Assembly: GCF_006345805.1 (NCBI RefSeq)
Contig: NC_043015.1
Location: 35,588,001 to 35,652,000 of the forward strand
Reading direction: 5' to 3'
Source of the DNA: Octopus sinensis
Taxonomy: Eukaryota
DNA length: 64,000 bases
Both the position numbers and the translations under genes were made by a program. The notes beneath the pieces are model-generated. The model made no database searches. It had not been told where the DNA came from and saw nothing but the letters and a program-made list of their open reading frames with translations. Positions 53,630 through 64,000 of this stretch are shown here, piece after piece; within the stretch, counting starts at the first letter, position 1; each line of letters opens with the position of its first letter.

Positions 53630-53661
<32 letters not shown>

Positions 53662-55176
53662 CCACACATATATATTTATATACTTATACTTACAAATACA
53701 TTCGTACACAAGCGCACACATATATATATATGTGTATGTGTGCGCGCGTTTGTGTTTGTACATATACAGTTTAAGTGGCGGCTAGTATGAGGGTATACGG
53801 GTACTATTGATCCTGGGATATACTTGAAATATTGTGATAGAAAACCTGGCGGTTGATGTGGTGATGATCCGGATGCTATGGGATTGATGCTAGTGTAGTT
53901 GGGATTACTGTGGTGATGATTATGATGGCGGTGGTATCAACATTGATTACGGTTTGATAGAGAAGAACCACAAGTGCTGTCGATTTGTCAGGTTTTCAAA
54001 AAAATTAGAAAGGGAAATCCCTAGAAATGCAAGGACGGAACGTCGTGTTCATTTCCAAATCGGGACTTGACATATCAGACCTTCAATGGGACACCACACA
54101 CACACACACACACACACACAGAAAATGAAACAGAACAAAAAAAAAACAAAAATCAAAAAGAAACGGACTATTTTTGTTTCGAATTCTTTTGTTTCTTGGC
54201 CGGCTTCGTCAATCACGACATGATGTGTAAAATTAGCAAGAAATTCTACAATTTCATGCGACAGGCTATAGTTGACTGGCAGATTTGACTAATTTCCCAG
54301 TTTAAAGCAGCAGAACGTGTAAAAGTTTATTTTACGAATAAAGACTGAAAATTGTTTGCATTTCCAAAATGATACTTGATACACTAATATTGGTCCTCCG
54401 CCAGTTACGACGGAGAGGATTCCAGCCGGTGAGATCAATGGTCAGCTGATCAGATCAATCTCATGAAATTAACGTCCAAGTGTTTGAGCCCCTCGACAGA
54501 CAAGTGTACCCTTAATGTATTTCTAAAGGAGATTCAGCTTCACGCAGAATGTATCAAGGCTGGCGGCACACTGACTTACAGCCAAAACACATTCTTACCA
54601 GCAAAGTGGACTGGACCAATGTGAAATAAAGTGTCTTGCTTACGGATAAAATGTGCCGTCAGGAATCTAACTCACGACTACCCGACCGTGAGGCGAGTAC
54701 TGTAACCACTAATCCACTACTTGAGATCATAATCCGATAATAATCTGCAGAAAACGTTCACCTTTGGTTTTAGGTGTGATTGATCAGTGATGAATGGTAT
54801 TTAAAAAAGCAAACAATAGTAACAACACCAGTTTGCAGTTTCAGTTTGGACTTAGCTCATAGAATACACCTCATCATTCTGTTTAGAAACACCATCATGG
54901 TCGTGGTGTGTGTGTTTAGCACAAACCGTTATATTTTAAGCATGTGGAACTATTCTCCAGTTTTAGAATAACAACATTCCCTTCTCCTAACATGTTTTTT
55001 TTTCTAATTTAGTCAGAAGGTGAGAAATTTTAAAGTTGGGCGGTGGTGGTGATGCTTAACCAATTAAGTCTCTCCAGTTTCTCCACTGGTATTCTATTCT
55101 ATCGGACCTGGAATGAGGAAATTCAATGTTGGCCTTGACGGAATTTGGAAACTGGAATAGGAAAAAAGAATTATAC

Positions 55177-55308
55177 CAATAGGTTGGGGTTTGAGTTGGG
55201 AAAATGCAGTTGAACTTGTAAGCAAGGATGAATCAGTATTCCGTGGTGATTCACCTAAACTGACGATGTTCACTTGTCTTGGCATTGGAGAATCCACATC
55301 AGCACATT
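55177..55308 (-). CDS. Possible 132-nt phase 1-1 host exon, S/P/T-rich
   Basis: cctaag|AA TGT GCT GAT GTG GAT TCT CCA ... CCT ATT G|gtataa. Splice sites are weak and no homology was recognised. Confidence 0.2.
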
Positions 55309-56229
55309 CTTAGGAGTCTTTTAATTACACACGGAAATAGAAACAATATGGCTGACAGGCACACACGACAGTCACAACAACAAGAGCAACTTCAATACGA
55401 ACAACAGTTCACTCTATCACTTACAGTTGAATATCTTTTCTTATGTCTTGTCAAAACAAACAGTCAATTTACCAAAAATGTTCGTGATTGGAATTACTTC
55501 ATTATTTAGTGAATACTGTAAAAATCTTTTCCACCATTTCTAAGCGTGACGAAGGAGCAACAAAAACAACAACAAAAGAAAAACAAAAAAACAAAATGTT
55601 ATTTCGCAATTTTGTAAACGGAAGGTTCTGGAAGTAGTTCTATAAATTTTTTTGTTGCTTTTATTCTACTTTTTCGTCTTTTGTTATATTTTTATTGCTT
55701 TATTGTTTTTCTTTGCTGCTGGTTCTTTAGTTTTCATTACAAATATGACTAGGAATAATATTAATAATTATTATTATTATTATGACAATAATAACAATTA
55801 TAATTATAATAATAAGAATAATAATGACATATGATCATGATCATGATCATGATTACAACAGGAGGAAGGACAAGAAAACAACCAGAAGAAAAGCAATAAA
55901 AATATTTGTTATCATTATTTTGATATTATGATGTCTTTCAGAAACATTAATTAGGCGAAGAGAACAAATAAATTGTTAGATTTCAATTAAAACGCCATTT
56001 ATTTCACATGAATCTGCGATAGTCTATCAAGTAATTGCTATTATCTGGAATGAACAGGCAGAGGCGGTCTAGCGGTGGTGGTGATGCAAGGGGCGGATTA
56101 GGTGATATTGTATCGAAATATCCTGTCAGGTCAACAATGTTACCTTTGTGTTTGCTGGCCAAGAAATGTACAGCTAAGTTTCTGCGCCATTGGCCACCTC
56201 GACCTGAACGAAAACAATAAAAGCAACAC

Positions 56230-56332
<103 letters not shown>

Positions 56333-56847
56333 ATATATATGTATGTACGTATGTATGTATTTTTGTTTATATATATGCTGAAGCACCGCCTTGAAGTGTT
56401 TTAGTCGAAGAAATCCACCCCAGGACTTTTCTTTGTAAGCTTACTATTTATTTTATCGGTTTCTTTTGCCAAAACGCCAATGTTACGGGTACATACACAC
56501 ACCAACATCGGTTGTCAAGCAACGATAGGGGGGTGGGGCAAACACAGACACAGGGTACTAATTAGTGGCAAAGTTTAAAGGGCACTAATCAGCACCATTA
56601 TTGGTAGAAATAAGAGTCAAAACAACTGAATTGTCACAGAAAGCTCTACTGAGTTTTTCTGACTTATTATGGCTATTGGGTTGTTTTGACGTATTTCTAG
56701 CAATACTGGTGCTCACTAGTTCCATTCGTCACTGTAGTGACGTATATATTTCTGTTTTTACGTAGTAAAATTGTGAATTAGCTACCCATATGATATATAT
56801 ATACACACAAGAGAACAAGGTGTATTACGCTGCTATATATATATAAA

Positions 56848-57345
56848 TACAAAATCGGACAAACCATTCATATAGACGATACAAAAACATGGACGTGTCA
56901 TTCGAAGCCTCTAATGTTCAGTCAAGAAACGGATCATCCTCGCAATTTCGGCTGATTAATCTTGAGATTGCTCCAATAATAATAATAACACATAACAACA
57001 GGCGTCTTTCGACCAGAGACGTCTTTGGTCGAAAGTCGCCTGTTGTTATGTCCTGTTATTATTATTATTGTATTTTGTATTTATATTCATATTATTATTA
57101 TTTTTTGTTATATTCACGTAACATCGTCCGTTTTTCTATCCTTGTTTCGTATACATTCGATCCTTTTTCCAAGAAATCTAATGCTCGTAGCTTAGTTTTT
57201 CCTTGGGGCTGGCCAGATTGGAGCAATCTCAAGATTAATCAGCCGAAATTGCGAGGATGATCCCGCTCTTGACTGAACATTAGCGGCTTCGAATGACCCA
57301 TCCGTGTTTTTTGTATCGCCTATCTGAATGTTTTGTCCCATTTTG

Positions 57346-57347
<2 letters not shown>
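56848..57347. mobile_element. Foldback element (~130-bp arms) with a nested inner hairpin; TA repeats on both sides
   Basis: Arms 56848-56977 and 57217-57347. Inner inverted repeat at 56991-57050. Confidence 0.8.
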
Positions 57348-57392
<45 letters not shown>

Positions 57393-57576
57393 TCTATACA
57401 CATAAACTTTGATAAGATGAAATACATAGAAACCGGTAATATTAATATTTTTATTTATACAATGTTGTTTTAAGAATTCCCTCATAAATTGAAATGTCTT
57501 AGACTTAATTCTGTGCTATTTCCACCATCTTTTTTATATATAAAAATTTGATTTGTGTAGATCTATAATCTTTTTC

Positions 57577-57614
<38 letters not shown>

Positions 57615-57649
57615 GAATATACATACATATATACAAATATTCTATAATT

Positions 57650-57927
57650 ATAAACAAAACTGTAATTAGGAGTGAGCTAATTGCTTCACTACGCACCGAA
57701 TTTAGAAAGAGTTAAAATTCATTTTATGGTACCGTAAAGATCTCCTAGATACGGTAGCAGAAAAGTAATTCTAACTCATATTTCTAAATTCGGTGCGTGG
57801 TGAAGTAATTAGCTGACCCCTAATTATAATTATATTTATAATTATAGAATATTTGTATAATTTTACCTAAAAAGGTCATTTTATCGTACCGATCTACTTG
57901 GTAAAAGTTATTAATTAATTTTACCCT
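57650..57927. mobile_element. Foldback/MITE-like element, family B
   Basis: gctaattgcttcactacgcaccgaatttagaaa is inverted at ~57780-57820, followed by the same tail. Confidence 0.75.
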
Positions 57928-59686
57928 TTTATTAATAGATAGATAGATACACATGTAAATATATATATATGTAAATATAGCCATTCGTCGTCCCGAGGTT
58001 AATTGCCCAAGGCAGCAAACAGTGGGACTGAACCTGTATGTGCTCAAGAAAATAACTTCTAGCACATAGCCACACCTGACAAAATATACTTTATTTCTAT
58101 TATTTCTATTCTAGCCAGTACAGAAGGCAGTGCAGTGAGTGCAGCTTTTTAGAGAGTATTTGAAGCAGAATGGAGTGAGAGAATGATGTACGCTCAAAAA
58201 CTTGATTACCGGTCCGAATGCTTTCAACAGGATTACCGCCCATCAAGGATGTTACGGTGCCAGATAATGGAGGCCTTACACTTGGTCATGGAGGAAGCCT
58301 AGCAATCAAGAACATCTCAATAAATACGCAGTGATGCGTATGTCAAACATGCGTAGGTGCAGATGTAACCCTGGCAGTGTGATAAGATGCTTGATTCCCA
58401 ACCACATCGTTCCGAGTTCACTCCCATTGCCGGGTACTTCTATCAGGAGTTTTCTACGGTAACCTCGGGCTGATCACTCATTGTGAGGAGATTTGGTGCA
58501 CGGAAATGAAAAACCCGTTGTGTATGTATGTATGTATGTATGTATGTATGTATGTATGTATGTATGTATATATATATATATATATATGTATGTACGTATG
58601 TGTATATATGTATATAGACATATGTATATGCACATACACATATGTATATATATTATATATATACACACACGTATATGTATATATACATATATATAATAAA
58701 TAGTAAATAATATATATATATATATACACATGCATATATGGGGAAGCACGTCAAATAACAAGAAACACGTAAAGAAGCGCGTTAAATACTTAACGATAAA
58801 AATGGACAAGAACACAAGTAAACAAGGAGAAAGACCCTTCATCAGTTGTTGGCTGTCTGTCTACTCCTCATTTCGAGCATCAAAGCAGACTTGTGAGGAT
58901 TCTGCAAACTAACACACAAATATCTAAGGTAATATTGTTTCTCCCTCTGAAGAGATTATGCTCAGAAATACGGTTTTAATATTTTAATTCATGGAGCTTA
59001 ACTGAAACAGCTTTAAGGGATAACGATCGACTGTTTTCTAGAAATAGACTCTTATTAACTTCAATATCTCTATTTCTTATTCTTCATTCGTGTGTGTGAG
59101 TGCAATTCGATTAGAGGTTATGTTAGCCTCATGAAGGTATGGTGTCATCCAAAGAACTACTGATTCAATGCCTAATATTTTTGTGGTAACTGATTTCCTT
59201 AAAATAATAGCTATGTATATAAAAATCTGTAATTTATATTCATATAAAGAGAGAAGTAGGGGAAAACGGAGATTGCGAAGTTAAGAGTTTACTATTAACA
59301 GATAAAATATCATCGCTTACAGCTGATTCATTTATACACAATGAATTTATTAAATATTAAGTTCGTATTTCTGAGCCTAATATCAGAGGGAAGAGAAATT
59401 ATATCAACAGATTTTTAGATGTTTATTTATTGATCCATTACAGCAGATTCTGATATAATGAATCGTTAAACAAGCATAAAAATCTATTGGTATATTTTAG
59501 GGGGTTAGTCGATACTTCAGTAGGGTGCAAATGTATAATTCTAAACAAGAATACTATTGACAGTGACTTTGTACTTTCGGCCAGTTAAGCCAACGTGAAA
59601 CTGCGATGTACTGAAGTTAGCCATGGTTTTATATAATCTCTGTTTAGACTATATAAACCCACAGAGCCAAGGAACGTTTTCACGCA

Positions 59687-59876
59687 TCAGAGACTATATA
59701 CAGCCATGATTAATTTCTGTGCATCGCAGTCCGACGATAGTTTAGCTGGCTGAAACTTCGAAGTCAAGTCAATAATATTTGTACTTCTTATGTGTAAAGT
59801 TTGATCTGCGAATGCTACTGTTGATTTTAGCGTTCCACGTAGAATATCTTCACCCAGTCCACATTCAATAAAGTAC
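59687..59876 (-). CDS. Possible host coding exon, unidentified product
   Basis: Acceptor-like ttgtaattctattag|G, then an open frame YFIECGLGEDILRGTLKSTVAFADQTLHIRSTNIIDLTSKFQPAKLSSDCDAQKLIMAVYSL* in non-repetitive DNA. No homology recognised. Confidence 0.3.
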
Positions 59877-60869
59877 CTAATAGAATTACAAGTTATGATA
59901 TACAGAGAAAACATTGGAAGAAATGTATGATAAGCAGATGTTGTTAATACGAGTTGTTCCTTACGTATGTTTCGCCATTGTGGTTGTTCGCATCATCAAG
60001 AATGAGTTAATAATGCAGTCGTATTTCACTCAGTCATTAGCCTGCATGCCCCCGGCACTGCCTTCAGGCGTTTAGTTGAAAAAAATACACCAATGTAATA
60101 ATTTTTTAAAAGTCTAGTACTTATCCTATCAATTTGTTTTGCCGAACTTATAAAGTTGAAGAACTATAAAATGCCATATGAACACCGTTTGTTAACCGGT
60201 TGGCGTCAAAAACCCAGTCATACAGCTTTCACACAGTAATTTCGAAATGTACTTCTTGAGCAAACATACGTTCTTGCATCAATAGACTGGAAGAATATAC
60301 CTGTAAGACGAGTGTACTATTGAAAAGTCGAATAAGAATATATTACTGTAGAATTATAATTTATGATTTTTGCATGGAAGTAAACTATAACTGAAGGCAT
60401 AACTTGTAAGTTTGTGAATATAAAGTCATTGGTTGCTGATGCCTTGGGTAACAGTTTCTAGAAGCGTAGTGTACAATTGTATAAGGAAATCATATAAATA
60501 TTGGAGAAAAAGGAAGAATGCTTCAATTATCACTGGTAAATGATTTTAAATATAAATATTGTATATAATTCAATGAAAGATATTCGCCATGTCACAAACA
60601 AGCAAATTTATATTAACAACGAAAATGACAAACAATCAGTGAGTAATAGAGAGGAAATAGGAAATATGTAAATTATTGTTGTGATTAGAGGAAACCATTT
60701 GATACATAATGGAATAACCGTCCTCTAATAAATATATACAAAGAGCAGCAGAGCCAAAATGGTAAGAACAATACAGTGTTTTAACATATACAGGAAATCA
60801 AAATGTTCTGTTATTACGGTGTCCTCCAGCGGTTCGTTATTTCTCGGAATTAACCTAGGCACTCCATTG

Positions 60870-61200
60870 GCATACTACAACTTTCTTTGAAGGCAGACAT
60901 TTTTTTCCTGTTTTTCCTGCAACATTTTACTTGTCATCCGACATTTTTGCACTGGTCTTATGTGAAAACACTGTTTCCGTTGAATTTCTTCCCCGTCATG
61001 CCTTAATTTTAATATCATGTCACACTCTTCCGATAGTTTCTGAAATAACAAATCCTGGTTCTTTTCCAGTTTTGCTAGAATTTTCGCTCGGTTTTCTGCA
61101 TCCGTTTTATGTATCAAACCTTGTACAAAAATCAAACACTTGAAAGAATCCGGAGTAAGAATATCCATCCTATATCTCCCATTCTATGCTGACTGTCTGT
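60870..61200 (-). pseudogene. Gypsy-type (K02A2.6-like) gag-region relic
   Basis: LTPDSFKCLIFVQGL...DAENRAKILAKLE...L.FQKLSEEC, a recognisable invertebrate Gypsy gag motif. Confidence 0.65.
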
Positions 61201-61254
61201 GGTGAGTAGTGAAGTCTTCATCTTCGTTCTTTTCTATGTTTAAACATATCCATC

Positions 61255-61835
61255 TAGTATTACACAGTTGTTGCTTATTCCTTCTCGAGCCATGCCTGGT
61301 TCATAAGGGCCGGTTTCCCGGTTTCTTGGCATATAGGTTCCCCACATGGATGGGACGCCAGTCCATCGCAGGTGAGCTGCAAGATGCAGGAGGAAAGAGT
61401 GAGAGAAATTTCTGGCGAAACAGTCAGGAGAAGTTTCGCCATTACCTTCTATCAGAGCTGCATGGAGCTTAGGTGTTTCGCTCATAAACACAGACATCGC
61501 CCGGTCTGAGATTCGAACCCGTGATCCCTCGACCGCGAGTCCGCTGCTCTAACCACTAGGCAATGTACCTCCACACACAAAATAAATGCGCCCGTTTGAA
61601 AGCCTAGCCAAGCTTATGGGCTCGGTTTCCCGGTTTCTATGGCGTATAGTGTTCCCCAGCTGGACGGGATGCCAGTCCATCGCAGCGATACTTATTCTTG
61701 CCAGCTGAGTGGACTGGAGCAACGTGAAACGAAGTGCTTTGCTCAAGAACACAACGCGTCGCCCGATCCTGGAATCGAAACCACAATCTTATGATCATGA
61801 TGCTGACACCCTAACCACTAAGCCACGCGCCTCCA
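61255..61835 (-). mobile_element. Two tandem tRNA-derived SINEs, family D
   Basis: Minus-strand heads with TAGTGGTTAG (A box) and GGTTCGAAT/GGTTTCGATT (B box), and a shared tail cggtttcccggtttct..ggc.tata. Related copies at 7550-7735, 33400-33605 and 54400-54720. Confidence 0.8.
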
Positions 61836-62822
61836 CTATTACACAGTGAATTCTTTTCACAAAACTTTTGTACAAAATGTCAACTATGTCGGCGAAATTT
61901 ATGTCGGACGCTTTTTTTTCTTTGGCAATACAAAGTTGTTATATTTCTCATGCTCTGCTGTCGCTACTTTTCTTAAACTAGAAACGTTTTCATTTCGTCC
62001 ATCCAGTTCTGACATTCTTTTCCATGTGTCTGTGTGTCCGTATGTCTGAGCATATATTTACTCATTTTTTTAAAGATGTATACAGCCACCAGGAACATCT
62101 GGCACTAACTCAAACCTCCTTTCCTTAGCCCAGTGTAACATCAAAGATATGCTTAAGGGGGAAAGGGCTACCAACTCTGCATTAATTTTAGTTGACTATA
62201 TTGGAGCGAAATGAAATGAAATGCATTGCGCACAGACTATGAAAAGACGAAGCCCCACCACAAATGATCATAGCATGAATAAAAGTGAATAATTGGGAAG
62301 ATATATTGTATATTTGTAGACATAAAGTCAATAATTGTTGAAGCCTTGGGTAACAGTTTCTAGAAGCGTAGTGTATGGTTATATAAGGAAATTGCACAAT
62401 CATTGAAGGAAATCATATAAATATTGGAGAAAAAGGAAGAATGCTTCAATTATCACTGGTAAATGATTTTAAACATAAATATTGTATATAATTCAATGAA
62501 AGATATTCGCCATGTCACAAACAACCAAATTTATATTAACAACGAAAATGACAAACAATCAGTGAGTAATAGAGAGGAAATAGGAAATATGTAAATTATT
62601 GTTGTGATTAGACGAAACTATTTGATACATAATGGAATAACCGTCCTCTAATAAATATATACAAAGAGCAGCAGAGCCAAAATGGTAAGAACGATACAGT
62701 GTCATAACATATACAGGAAATCAATATATGCTTTATGTATTTGTATATGTATCTACGTACTAATAGATTCATATATCCACCCATCCATATATAGGTACAT
62801 ACATACATACAAACAAGCATAC

Positions 62823-62880
<58 letters not shown>

Positions 62881-62987
62881 ATACGTACTTTTTGTATTTG
62901 AGGTTTCAAATGGTTTCAACTAAAAAGATTTTCAAAATTCTTCAGGTTTGCCGCATGGAAGCGTTGGTAGTCCATTTGGATGAGACA

Positions 62988-63030
<43 letters not shown>

Positions 63031-63534
63031 ATATATAGGTTGTTGAGGGTTAGACAAGAGAATCAACAAATAAAACAAGAGACCCGTATGATTCAATTAT
63101 GCATTGAGAAATGATGTGGCAAAGCTCACATCAAATATACCAATAAGCTGTTATATTATATTTCAGTCCAAGGCACAAAGCCACCACTAAAGTTTTGAGT
63201 TCAAAGCACAGAGCTGAATTTGTCAGCCGTTATTGGTTGAAAATGGAGTGTTGGAGATCGGAGCCCTCAATTTCCGGGGTTTATTCCAAATTCTCCAAAA
63301 TTTCGACCAAAACAAAAGGGAGGTCCCTCTTTTATCTTCGTATGTTGTTACCGTGTTTGCGCTGGTCGTAGTAGTAAGGCCAATAGGGTGATGGAGTGAT
63401 GTAGAGAAGAGAAATTAGTGGCTGAATGTTTTGCCGTCAATCTCCCATGGCTAATGTCTCTGATAGTCTCTGTTTACTAACTGGCTTCTCCTTGAGGCAT
63501 TTTAATATTTATAATTATCCAGAACAGCCAGAAA

Positions 63535-63848
63535 GCGAGACAACCGATGGTGGTGTGTTTACGTCCCCGTAACTTAGCGGTTCGGCAAAAGAGACCGATA
63601 CAATAAGTACTAGGTTTACAAATAATGAGTCCTGGGGTCGGTTTGCTCAACTAAAGGCACACGAACACACACACACATATATATATGCGACGGGCTTCTT
63701 TCAGTTTCCGTCTACCAAATCCACTCACAAGACTTTGGACGGTCCGAGGCTATAGTAGAAGACAATTGCCTAATGTGCCATGCAGTGGGACTGAACCCGG
63801 AACTATGTGGATAAAAGCAAGCTAGTTACTGCACAACCACTCCTGAGC
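63535..63848 (-). mobile_element. SINE family B head plus family C segment
   Basis: Matches the 5570-5943 sequences. Confidence 0.8.
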
Positions 63849-63924
63849 CTATCTATCTATCTATCTATCTATATATATATATGTATGTATATTTATATAT
63901 AAATGTCTGCCTGTTTCTCTCACT

Positions 63925-63991
<67 letters not shown>

Positions 63992-64000
63992 CGTGTGTGT

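Larger units (their letters stand above)
60410..62722. repeat. Direct duplication of ~390 bp (60410-60800 and 62315-62722)
   Basis: Offset 1923 nt at the caaaatggtaaga motif. High identity, with a ~20-nt indel near the left end. Confidence 0.9.

Noticed and set aside
59955-60005. TTGATGA...GAAAC atac GTA on the minus strand (and a similar motif at ~14965-15020)
   Set aside because: Core and stems are too degenerate.
61490-61575. tRNA-like sequence (and similar heads at 2993, 5900 and 61770)
   Set aside because: A and B boxes are present, but there is no proper acceptor stem and each continues into a SINE body.

Overview
AT-rich, microsatellite-saturated eukaryotic DNA. The SINE families and (TA)n/(TACA)n density suggest a cephalopod, probably Octopus (inference). 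No host gene can be called with confidence, and nearly all long ORFs in the ORF track are translations of microsatellites. The main feature is an apparently intact Penelope-like retroelement (PLE) on the minus strand (~38250-42900). It has a 765-aa RT + GIY-YIG ORF preceded by an overlapping 466-aa coiled-coil ORF1. The two ORFs are joined in the -1 frame, with an in-phase U UUU UUA slippery heptamer 12 nt after the -1 frame opens, predicting a ~1221-aa fusion. Downstream of the ORFs lies a promoter-like array of five GACGTCATC-N10-CCAAT modules at invariant spacing, followed by a TATA box. The window also holds several minimal type I hammerhead ribozymes, some in near-perfect palindromes and one family with a shared U4C core. 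At least nine foldback elements occur, most with their ends in or next to microsatellites; one is a perfect hairpin inside a ~3.4-kb TA/TACA array. The rest is tRNA-derived SINEs, degenerate RLE-type and CR1/L2-type LINE pieces, and hAT, mariner, Gypsy and Helitron relics.
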